IMG/VR virus record: IMGVR_UViG_3300045988_145890
Origin: a virus
DNA: 48,744 nucleotides
Reading direction: 5' to 3' (one strand)
Both the position numbers and the translations under genes were made by a program. The notes under the pieces are model-generated. The model saw nothing but the letters and a program-made list of their open reading frames with translations, was not told where the DNA came from and made no database searches. The stretch's first letter is position 1, and each line of letters opens with the position of its first letter. Below, one piece after another: positions 35,403 through 43,692 of this stretch.

Positions 35403-36395
35403 ATGAATAAATTAAAGTATAAAGTCGATAAAATTCTCAAAAATCAGTTGATAAGTGTACAAATAAACTTATTAAATGAATGTACAAGCAGATGTAAGAG
35501 TTGTAGAAGATACACTTGGCCAAAAGATAAGCTTAATCTTGATGATGTAAAAAGAATTGTAAATTTTTTGTATAATAAGTATAGGATTGAGTCAATTCTT
35601 TTTTCAGGAGGAGATCCAGTTTGTTATGATGAATTGGATAAAGTTATTGAATATTGTAGTGACTTAGGAATACATACAGCGTGTATTACGACGCTCATTA
35701 CTGAAGATGAGCATATTAAAGATGCATTAACAAAGACGGATAGATTATTTGTTTCATTTGATGCATTTGACAGAGAAAAATATAAGATTGTAAGAGGAGT
35801 AGATGGTTCAGAAATTGTAAAAGAAAATTTAAGAAGTTTAAATGTTTTAAGAAAAAGAAATGGAAAAGAAAAGATAAGATTAAGTATGACGGTAGGAAAG
35901 TTAAATTTAGATCAGGTTGAAAAAGTGTATGCTTTTTGCAAAGAAAATGATTTAAGTCTAAATTTTTATTTATTGCATACTTGGGATGATTTGATGATGT
36001 CAAAGGATGATCTTAAGTTATTTTTTGATATGATGAAGAAAATTTCAGAAGAAAGCTATATTATGACAAATGCAGGAAGCTTTTTTGAAAAAGAGGATAA
36101 GTTAAAAGAAAGCTTTGATTGCTATATTCCAAGAATAACATGTGCAATAAATGCAGATGGAAATGTTTTTCCTTGTTGTAAGCTATTTGATGAGAATAAC
36201 TTTTACAAAGATCAGCTAAAGTATTCATACGGCAATGTGTTACATGAAGATATGAATGAAGTATTCAGTAGAAGGCTTGCTATCGGATATCCTTTAGAAT
36301 GTAGCAATTGTAAAAGTTGCTTACCGCAATACATAAGTCCAATTAACTTTATGGATGATTTGTATAAGCATAAAGATGATGCAATATTCATGTAA
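35403..36395 (+). CDS. radical SAM enzyme with SPASM/twitch-like C-terminal Cys cluster
   Basis: CTSRCKSC (CxxxCxxC, Cys codons at 35481, 35493 and 35502), FSGGDPV, and C-terminal CYIPRITCAINADGNVFPCC and CSNCKSC. Confidence 0.8.
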   Translation: MNKLKYKVDKILKNQLISVQINLLNECTSRCKSCRRYTWPKDKLNLDDVKRIVNFLYNKYRIESILFSGGDPVCYDELDKVIEYCSDLGIHTACITTLITEDEHIKDALTKTDRLFVSFDAFDREKYKIVRGVDGSEIVKENLRSLNVLRKRNGKEKIRLSMTVGKLNLDQVEKVYAFCKENDLSLNFYLLHTWDDLMMSKDDLKLFFDMMKKISEESYIMTNAGSFFEKEDKLKESFDCYIPRITCAINADGNVFPCCKLFDENNFYKDQLKYSYGNVLHEDMNEVFSRRLAIGYPLECSNCKSCLPQYISPINFMDDLYKHKDDAIFM

Positions 36396-36407
36396 GAGGT
36401 GATTAGC

Positions 36408-36908
36408 ATGTTAATAATTGTAGAAGGAATTGACAGAGTCGGAAAAACAACATTATGTGAAATGTTGTCAAAGTCATTTGGTATTAAGATATTTAAGCAT
36501 GATTCTAAGTTGTTTAACCTAGACAAAATGGATAATGATAACGAGACCGATAAAGCAATTAAGATTTGTGAGATTTGCAAATTGCTAAATGGGACTTTAT
36601 TGTTGGATAGATCTTATTGGTCTGATTTTGTATATGGAGTTCTTGAAAGAAATTATTGCATATCAGATGCTTTGGATAATTTAAAAAAAATTGAAAGCAT
36701 ATATAAAGATGAAGCAGTAATAATATATGTTAGGCCTGTTGATTTAAAATTATCATCAAAGCTTCATGGTGCAGATTTGACAAAGTATAATGATTTATTT
36801 GAATCAGTAAGAAAAGGAACGAAATGTAAAGTTATAGATTGTACATATGAAAGTCTTGAAAAAGTCATAGTAGAATTAGAAAGTATTTTGGGTGATAAAA
36901 ATGAATGA
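36408..36908 (+). CDS. thymidylate-kinase-like dNMP kinase
   Basis: MLIIVEGIDRVGKTT P-loop typical of Tmk, plus DRSYWSDFVYG. ATG 36408 follows AAGAGGTGA. Confidence 0.65.
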   Translation: MLIIVEGIDRVGKTTLCEMLSKSFGIKIFKHDSKLFNLDKMDNDNETDKAIKICEICKLLNGTLLLDRSYWSDFVYGVLERNYCISDALDNLKKIESIYKDEAVIIYVRPVDLKLSSKLHGADLTKYNDLFESVRKGTKCKVIDCTYESLEKVIVELESILGDKNE

Positions 36909-37752
36909 CTTAATATATAAAGTTGGAGAAGCCAATTGCAATAAAGTATTTGATAAGAATGGCGGCTTTTATGAGTATAACTTGATAAAAAGTGAAATTA
37001 CAAAATTGTTGGATAATGGTTTGGAAAAATGCTTTGTTTTGGTAGGAGGAAATCTTTCGGATGAAAGTGAATATGAGAAGATTATAAGCCTCATAAAGAG
37101 AAAAAAAGATAAAGGATATAAAATAATATTTATTGTTACTGACTCTATATCATTAAAAGAAATGTCAATTGATGTAATAAAGAGATGCGATTTATTATTG
37201 CACCAAGCAGTCGGCTTTGTATTTGATAATATAGATATAGAGCAAAAGTATTCATATGTGCCGGAATTATTTTATGTAGATAATGAAAAGCCAAAAGTTC
37301 AAAATGATATGATTTTTTTTGGAGGAGGAAGCTATAATAGAGAGGATAAGATAAAAGAGTATCTTAGAAAAGACAATGAAATGAAAAAAGGAACATTTTC
37401 TATTATAAAGGATAGCTTAAATGATGAAAGAATAGACTATAGTTCATTGCAATTACTAATGAAAATGTTTAAATTTAGTTTAATTATTTGTAGAAAGGAA
37501 TACAGAGAGAATTATTGGTTTACTCCAAGATTTATTGAAGCTGTTAATAATTGGAGTTTACCAGTTTTAGATTTTGAATATAACAAAAATAGATTATATG
37601 AATCAATTGAAGTAAGTTCATACGATGAAATGATTTATATGATAAATTGTTGCGGTGAGGAAAGCAGAATAAATAGGATATTGGATTTAAGAAAAGAGAT
37701 TAAAAGTAACAAAGACAAATTTGCTAAAAATATAATTGATTTTTGTAAATAA
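36901..37752 (+). CDS. hypothetical 283-aa protein (weak glycosyltransferase-like resemblance)
   Basis: Overlaps the kinase gene by 8 nt. MIFFGGGSYNRE and WFTPRFIEAVNNWSLPVLD resemble exostosin/GT-B C-terminal motifs. By eye only. Confidence 0.5.
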   Translation: MNDLIYKVGEANCNKVFDKNGGFYEYNLIKSEITKLLDNGLEKCFVLVGGNLSDESEYEKIISLIKRKKDKGYKIIFIVTDSISLKEMSIDVIKRCDLLLHQAVGFVFDNIDIEQKYSYVPELFYVDNEKPKVQNDMIFFGGGSYNREDKIKEYLRKDNEMKKGTFSIIKDSLNDERIDYSSLQLLMKMFKFSLIICRKEYRENYWFTPRFIEAVNNWSLPVLDFEYNKNRLYESIEVSSYDEMIYMINCCGEESRINRILDLRKEIKSNKDKFAKNIIDFCK

Positions 37753-37767
37753 TGAAAGGAATTGCAA

Positions 37768-38475
37768 ATGTTAAGTAATGTAATTGTAAAAGGAGAATCT
37801 TTAGATGAAGTATGGCTTACTTGGTTTAAGCAAATGATAGATAATAAAATCTCAGAAGAAAGTAGAGATGGAGAAGTTGCATCAGAAATAATAAATGCAA
37901 TAACTGTTTTGGAAAATCCAACAAAGAACATAATGACTAATCAAGTAAGAAAGCTATCAATGAGATATGCTATCGGTGAAATGCTTTGGTATATGTCAGC
38001 TAATCCAAATTTGAGTGCAATCCAGCATTATACAAAAGCTTGGGATAGAATGTCAGATGATGGAGAAACAGTAAATAGTAATTATGGTTATATTATTAAA
38101 GAGGCATATAACTTTAATCAGTATGAGTATTGCAAACGGTTACTTATTAAAGACAAAAATAGTAGGCAGGCAATTATTCACATTAAGGTACCAAAAAATA
38201 CTTTGGAACAGCCTACAAAAGATTTAAACTGTACAGTTTGCTTACAATTTTTAATTAGAGAAAATAAACTATACTGTACAACATATATGAGAAGTAATGA
38301 CTTATGGTTAGGATTTCCGTATGATATTTTTCAGTTTACTTGTATTCAAGTAAGAATGGCAATGGAATTGGGATTGGAAATTGGAAGTTATACGCATATA
38401 GCTGGATCATTGCATATGTATAAAAGAGATTTCGATAAAGCAATTGAAAGATATAAGGAGGAAAATAATGTTTGA
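37768..38475 (+). CDS. thymidylate-synthase-family enzyme with Asp at the Asn177-equivalent position (predicted dCMP hydroxymethylase or methylase)
   Basis: Catalytic Cys in DLNCTVCLQF (38230), YMRSNDLWLGFPYDIFQF (Asp codon 38323-38325) and GSLHMY. 235 aa. Confidence 0.7.
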   Translation: MLSNVIVKGESLDEVWLTWFKQMIDNKISEESRDGEVASEIINAITVLENPTKNIMTNQVRKLSMRYAIGEMLWYMSANPNLSAIQHYTKAWDRMSDDGETVNSNYGYIIKEAYNFNQYEYCKRLLIKDKNSRQAIIHIKVPKNTLEQPTKDLNCTVCLQFLIRENKLYCTTYMRSNDLWLGFPYDIFQFTCIQVRMAMELGLEIGSYTHIAGSLHMYKRDFDKAIERYKEENNV

Positions 38476-41194
38476 TTTACATAGGCATGATGAATATTCA
38501 ACATTTGACGGGTATGGTAAAGCTACAGAGTTAGCTGCTTTAGCAAAAGAATATGGATATAATGCTTTATGTACGACAAATCACGGAAATACAAATGGAT
38601 TGATTCAAACGTATATGGCTTGTAAAGATTTAGGCATTAAATCTATATTAGGAGTCGAAGGTTATTTTTTGCCAAAATGGAAGCAGCAAACTAGGGGATT
38701 TCATCTGATTGTCATTGCTAAGAACTTAAAAGGATATGGCAATATGAACAGATTGCAATTTGAAGGTGAAAAACAGAAATACTATAATCCAATATGGGAC
38801 TTTGATTTACTGGAAAAATATCATGAAGGGCTAATTTGTACAACGGCTTGTGTAGCAAGTTATTCATCGCAATGTATAATTGCAGGCAAGAATGATTTAG
38901 CAGAAAAATACTTAAGAAAGTTAAAAAGCATTTTTAAAGATGATCTTTACGTTGAGATTCAGCCATATAAAGTGTCAGAAGAAGGATTGCAAGAATATGT
39001 GAATGTTCAGTTAATTAAATTGGCAAAGAAGTTAAAGATTAAATGTATTTTAACTTCAGATTCTCATAGAGGAAGAAAAGAGGACTTTGGCACATATATG
39101 AAGATGCATGAAGTTGCGAATCATAATTTCGCAGATATTGAAGCAACATATGCTGAACGATATATGCCAAAGCCTTTTGAAATGCAAAAGAGATTTTATA
39201 AGATGCATAAAGATGATTTTGGTGATGATCTCGCCAAAAAGCTTGCAAATAAAATGGCAAAGAATCTTGATGAGATTGAAGACAAATGTGAAGAGAATTA
39301 TCTTGAGCAATTGCCATTAAAGTTGCCAAAGTTGGGTGATGATTCTACAAAAGTTTTGAAAAACAAAATTATTGAAGGTCTTAAAAGAAGAGGAAAATAT
39401 AAGAAGGAATACATTAAGCGAGTAAAGGAAGAATTTGATATAATTCATTACCATGGATTTGAAGATTATTTTCTTATTGTTGCAGACTATGTTAACTGGG
39501 CAAAGAAAAGAGGAATTATTGTAGGTCCAGGCAGAGGATCTGTTTGTAACTGTTTAGTAGCATATGCAATAGGAATCACTGAAGTGGATAGTTTATTATT
39601 TAATCTTGATTTTAGAAGATTCTTAAGAAAAGATAAAAAGAAGTTTCCTGATATTGATTTGGATTTTGAAACATCAAGGCGACATGAAGTAATTGAATAC
39701 TTATGTAAGAAGTATGAAGGACATGCAGCAAGAATTTGTTCATATGGTCTTTATAAAGTTGACAATCTTTTAAATGATTTGTTCAAAGTATGTGGACTTC
39801 CAACAGATAAAACTTTAGATGAAGAGGAAGTGAAAAGAAATAAATCAGAAATTCAATACATCAAATCATTTGTTCAATCAAATGTCGATGAAAATCAAAA
39901 TCTGGATGTGAAGAATTTGACAGAATCTGCGGAAGCAAAAATGATAAATAAAAAGTATGATAATATTCTTATTCATTTTTGCAAGTTATACAAGAAAGTA
40001 AGATTCATCGGAACGCATGCAGCTGGTGTAGCAATAACAGGTGGAGAATTGCTTGATTATGTAGCTTTAAAAGTTGACAAGAATGGAGATGTATTTACAA
40101 ATTATGACTTGACTGATATTGAGACCGTTAACGTTATCAAATTTGACATTCTTGGGCTTAAGACTATGGAATCAATTGGTGATTTAAGAAAAAGCACAGG
40201 AGTGACAGTCGATTATGATGAAGCAGTAAAAGACAAAAAGATTCTTGAGAATTTTAGACTTGGCAATTGCGATGGCATATTTCAGTTTGAAAAGAAAACA
40301 GCTAGGGATATTCTTGAGAAGATTCATTGTGATTGTTTTGAAGATATTGTAGCTGCATCATCAATGAATAGGCCGGGACCATTAAGTTTGAAGCAGCCAG
40401 ATTTATATGCTGAAAATAAATACAACATTGAGGAAGCAAAATCTTCTGAGTATTGGGAGTATACAAAAGAATCTTATGGCACAATCATATATCAGGAGCA
40501 GGTTCAAAGAATATGCGTTAATATTGGAGGACTTGAATGGACAGATGCAGATAAGATCATGAAACTTATGAAAGGCGGACATATGACAGAATCCGCTCAA
40601 AAAGCTTATAATGAAAATAAGGAAAACTTAAAAAGAAAGTTTGTTGATGGAGCTGTAAGTAATGGATATGAAAGAAGCTTTGCAGAAGATCTGTTTGAAA
40701 AAATGATTTCATATACATTTAATGAAGGACATGGGGTTGGATATTCTTTGATAAGTGTTGAAGAAATGTTTTACAAAGTATATGAGCCGAGTGCTTATTG
40801 GTTTGCAAAACTAAAATATGCAAAGAATGATTCAGAATATGATAAGTTCTGTGCAAAAGCTGTAAATGATGGATCTGTTGTTTTTCTTCCTCATGTTAAT
40901 TATTCTTCAGAAAAAGCAAAGCTTAGAAAAGTAGAGGGAGAGGATTGTTTGCAACAAGGTCTTTCCGAGATCAAGGGAGTTGGTGAAAAAGCAGCTTCAT
41001 ATATTCTTGATGAAAGAAAGAAACATGGAATATTTACTTCATTCGATAACTTTTATGATCGTTGTAAGTCAAGGACTGTAACATCACGAGTTGTTGAACT
41101 ATTAAAAGAAGCAGGAGCTTTGGAATTTAATAAAAAGATTTATATTAAGAGAGTAACAAAGTACAATAGTGCTCTTTATTCAAGGGCCAATTAG
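38468..41194 (+). CDS. dnaE: DNA polymerase III alpha-type (DnaE family, PHP domain)
   Basis: FDLHRHDEYS PHP motif, GRGSVCNCLVAYAIGIT, FDILGLKT, MNRPGP and HhH GVGEKAA. 908 aa. ATG follows AGGAGG and overlaps the upstream gene by 8 nt. Confidence 0.9.
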   Translation: MFDLHRHDEYSTFDGYGKATELAALAKEYGYNALCTTNHGNTNGLIQTYMACKDLGIKSILGVEGYFLPKWKQQTRGFHLIVIAKNLKGYGNMNRLQFEGEKQKYYNPIWDFDLLEKYHEGLICTTACVASYSSQCIIAGKNDLAEKYLRKLKSIFKDDLYVEIQPYKVSEEGLQEYVNVQLIKLAKKLKIKCILTSDSHRGRKEDFGTYMKMHEVANHNFADIEATYAERYMPKPFEMQKRFYKMHKDDFGDDLAKKLANKMAKNLDEIEDKCEENYLEQLPLKLPKLGDDSTKVLKNKIIEGLKRRGKYKKEYIKRVKEEFDIIHYHGFEDYFLIVADYVNWAKKRGIIVGPGRGSVCNCLVAYAIGITEVDSLLFNLDFRRFLRKDKKKFPDIDLDFETSRRHEVIEYLCKKYEGHAARICSYGLYKVDNLLNDLFKVCGLPTDKTLDEEEVKRNKSEIQYIKSFVQSNVDENQNLDVKNLTESAEAKMINKKYDNILIHFCKLYKKVRFIGTHAAGVAITGGELLDYVALKVDKNGDVFTNYDLTDIETVNVIKFDILGLKTMESIGDLRKSTGVTVDYDEAVKDKKILENFRLGNCDGIFQFEKKTARDILEKIHCDCFEDIVAASSMNRPGPLSLKQPDLYAENKYNIEEAKSSEYWEYTKESYGTIIYQEQVQRICVNIGGLEWTDADKIMKLMKGGHMTESAQKAYNENKENLKRKFVDGAVSNGYERSFAEDLFEKMISYTFNEGHGVGYSLISVEEMFYKVYEPSAYWFAKLKYAKNDSEYDKFCAKAVNDGSVVFLPHVNYSSEKAKLRKVEGEDCLQQGLSEIKGVGEKAASYILDERKKHGIFTSFDNFYDRCKSRTVTSRVVELLKEAGALEFNKKIYIKRVTKYNSALYSRAN

Positions 41195-41301
41195 AATTTA
41201 TAGAATGCTTTAGGATTGATTTAATATAATCTGCTTAATATTTTCATAAGTCAAAATATAAAATCATTCTTGAGGCATTCTAAAGGTTTAGGAGGATACG
41301 T

Positions 41302-41448
41302 ATGAAATATTATAATGAAAGAATAAGTTATGATGAGCGGGACGAACATTATGAAATATATGTCGAAGGAATATTCGAATGTTCATGCGATGCTGGTGAA
41401 TTAACAGAAACATTACAAGAAGTTGAAAAAAGTTTAAGAAATTCATAA
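41302..41448 (+). CDS. hypothetical 48-aa acidic protein
   Basis: AGGAGG RBS. Below the track cutoff. Confidence 0.5.
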   Translation: MKYYNERISYDERDEHYEIYVEGIFECSCDAGELTETLQEVEKSLRNS

Positions 41449-41455
41449 AAAACTA

Positions 41456-41483
41456 TTTACAAATGCGAAGAAAGTGGTATAAT
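41456..41483 (+). promoter_or_regulatory. sigma70-like promoter (family member)
   Basis: TTTACA (41456-41461), 16-nt spacer, TGgTATAAT (TATAAT 41478-41483). Confidence 0.6.
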
Positions 41484-41531
41484 AGAATTATCAAAAGGAA
41501 TACAAACAAACATTTAGGAGGATAAACGTAT

Positions 41532-41684
41532 ATGAAGTACAGATTATTAGTAAAGGTTGGTAGAAGTTGGAAGCATGGTAAAGTAGTTTATGATTCATAT
41601 ATTGAAGCTCAGATTCGTCAAGAAGAATTAAGACTTGTAGGAATCAAGTCAAAAATTACAGATGAGTTAGGAGGTGAATTATAA
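41532..41684 (+). CDS. hypothetical 50-aa protein
   Basis: AGGAGG RBS. Ends immediately before the ATG at 41685. Confidence 0.5.
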   Translation: MKYRLLVKVGRSWKHGKVVYDSYIEAQIRQEELRLVGIKSKITDELGGEL

Positions 41685-42083
41685 ATGAGACTTTGGCATA
41701 TTGATTTGTTAGAGGTTTTACCAAGGCAGCAGCTATTATCACAATGGAGAGAATGCTGTTGCATAGCAAGAAATATCTATGCAAACGGTACACCAAATCA
41801 CTTGTTGGTAAATAAAATTTTAGATTATGACATTTCTGATTTTTATAGTTATTCAATTCTTGTATCAAATGAAATGCTTAGAAGAGGTTATAAAGTAGAT
41901 CGCAGTAAATTTGAAAAGTATTATAAATGTGATAGGTTTACAAGCAGACCATTTCCAGGTTGGCATAATAATAGATACTTTTTACAATGTTTTTGCAATT
42001 TACAAGAAAAGTATGATTGTGGAGGAATAACTGATAAGGAATGGTGTAAAGTAGTAAATAAATATTATGAAAGGAGTTGTTAA
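41685..42083 (+). CDS. pyrimidine-dimer DNA glycosylase-like (DenV/TIGR02328-like) protein
   Basis: The N-terminus MRLWHIDLLEVLPRQQLLSQWRECCCI matches the MRLWH...LPxxQLLgQxRE signature of this family. Confidence 0.6.
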   Translation: MRLWHIDLLEVLPRQQLLSQWRECCCIARNIYANGTPNHLLVNKILDYDISDFYSYSILVSNEMLRRGYKVDRSKFEKYYKCDRFTSRPFPGWHNNRYFLQCFCNLQEKYDCGGITDKEWCKVVNKYYERSC

Positions 42084-42087
42084 AAGT

Positions 42088-42249
42088 ATGGCTATTGGAA
42101 TAGATAAAATGATTGACCGAGATCAAATGCATTTAGAAGTATTAAATAGAATGCCAGTAAATATGTTGGCAATTACAGCCAAACGTTCAGGAACAGAATA
42201 TGAGATCAACGATGGCAAGATTGTTGCTGAAATTACTAATGTGAAATAA
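42088..42249 (+). CDS. hypothetical 53-aa protein
   Basis: ATG 42088 lies after AAGGAG. The track start at 42067 lies inside the upstream gene. Confidence 0.45.
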   Translation: MAIGIDKMIDRDQMHLEVLNRMPVNMLAITAKRSGTEYEINDGKIVAEITNVK

Positions 42250-42265
42250 TTTTAAGGAGAAAAAA

Positions 42266-42409
42266 ATGAGTAAGAAACTTAATCAAAGACAAATTTTAAC
42301 GTTAATTGATCTTTATAACAACATTGGGAGTAGTATTAGATGTGAAGTTAGTTATCATATGTCAGGAAATGATATAGATATTGATACACTCGAAAAAAAA
42401 TCTTATTGA
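42266..42409 (+). CDS. hypothetical 47-aa protein; frame break at an A8 run
   Basis: AAGGAG RBS. The +1 frame after A8 (42393-42400) continues as NLIEIVNGACEMLRKQK to 42452. Confidence 0.45.
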   Translation: MSKKLNQRQILTLIDLYNNIGSSIRCEVSYHMSGNDIDIDTLEKKSY

Positions 42410-42481
42410 AATAGTTAATGGTGCATGTGAAATGCTAAGGAAACAAAAGTAGTTACAGGTTAACTAGATTGGAGGAAAGAA

Positions 42482-43429
42482 GTGGCAAAGACAAATAAGG
42501 AAATGATCATTAAGTTATGTAATGATATTAACAAAAAGAATGGTGAAGGAACAATTTACACCATAGGCAGTAAAAATGCTAATCTTAAGATTAAGAGATG
42601 GAGTACAGGGATTGAAGATCTTGATGCAATTATCGGTGGGGGTATGCCCGAAGGAAGAGTTGTTGAGATCTTTGGTCCAGAAAGTTCAGGCAAAACTACA
42701 TTACTTTATCATTTGTGTGGGCTTCATCAGTTATGCTTGGACGTTCCAATTGAAGGAACATTTGATGCAGAACGTGCAAAGGTGTTTGGGAATAGGCCAA
42801 AGCAAATGCTGATTTATCGTGCTAAGTATGGAGAGGATGCTTTCAATAAAACAATACAGTTTGCAAAAGCAGGTATTCCATTGATTGGCATTGATTCAGT
42901 ACCAAGCATGGTTCCAAAGGAAGATGCAGAAAAAGTATTGAAGTCTGCTGAGAAAGATTCCATTGAAGAACAGAGAATCGGAGGAACTGCAAGATTGATG
43001 AATAAGTATCTTCCGACAGTAGAAGAGATTATTGAGATCACCGGAACAACGTTGATATTCATAAATCAGGTTAGGGACAAAATGAATGCAATGTTGTTTG
43101 GAGAAAAGACAGATACTCCGGGAGGTAGAAAGTTAAAACATGCTTGTTCACTTCGTATTCAGGTAGCAAGAAGGGCATGGATTGAGATTCCTAACAAAGA
43201 TCCAAGAAACAGTGCAACTAGTAAAAAAGTTGGATTGATTATGAAATGTAAAGTGGTCAAGTCGAAAGTGTGCAATCCAATGGGAGAATGCGAGATTCCG
43301 CTTTTCTTTGATCGAGGATTCGTTTCGTTTGATGATGTTCAAAAGATCAGGAAAGAATTGATGGTTGCAGAAGCAGCAAAGTTTGGGAAGAGAGTTCCAA
43401 AAGAATTTATGGAGGATGAAGATGAATAA
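42482..43429 (+). CDS. recA: RecA-family recombinase
   Basis: GPESSGKTT Walker A, LIFINQVRDKM and TPGGRKLKHACSLRI. GTG start after GGAGG. Confidence 0.8.
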   Translation: MAKTNKEMIIKLCNDINKKNGEGTIYTIGSKNANLKIKRWSTGIEDLDAIIGGGMPEGRVVEIFGPESSGKTTLLYHLCGLHQLCLDVPIEGTFDAERAKVFGNRPKQMLIYRAKYGEDAFNKTIQFAKAGIPLIGIDSVPSMVPKEDAEKVLKSAEKDSIEEQRIGGTARLMNKYLPTVEEIIEITGTTLIFINQVRDKMNAMLFGEKTDTPGGRKLKHACSLRIQVARRAWIEIPNKDPRNSATSKKVGLIMKCKVVKSKVCNPMGECEIPLFFDRGFVSFDDVQKIRKELMVAEAAKFGKRVPKEFMEDEDE

Positions 43430-43556
43430 GCTTATTGATAAAATAATTATTGCATTAGCAACCTTGGAAATCCAAAAAGTTTGCGAAGCCTCAAGAAGTA
43501 TGTTCATAAATAATCTTAGAAATGAAAATACAACAAAAATAATGGAGGGTAAATAA
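43422..43556 (+). CDS. hypothetical 44-aa protein
   Basis: ATG 43422 lies 5 nt after GGAGGA and overlaps the recA stop. Confidence 0.45.
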   Translation: MNKLIDKIIIALATLEIQKVCEASRSMFINNLRNENTTKIMEGK

Positions 43557-43690
43557 TGAGCAAGCAAGAAGCATATGACTATATTTTGAATATAGCAGAT
43601 AAGCTTGGCAGCATGGCAATGGAACAGTTGTCAGATAAAGATGGCAATAAATTACGAGAAGCTGCAAAGGCATTGTATTTAGAGGAGTAG
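43556..43690 (+). CDS. hypothetical 44-aa protein
   Basis: TAATG overlap with the upstream stop. GGAGGG RBS. Confidence 0.45.
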   Translation: MSKQEAYDYILNIADKLGSMAMEQLSDKDGNKLREAAKALYLEE

Positions 43691-43692
43691 GC

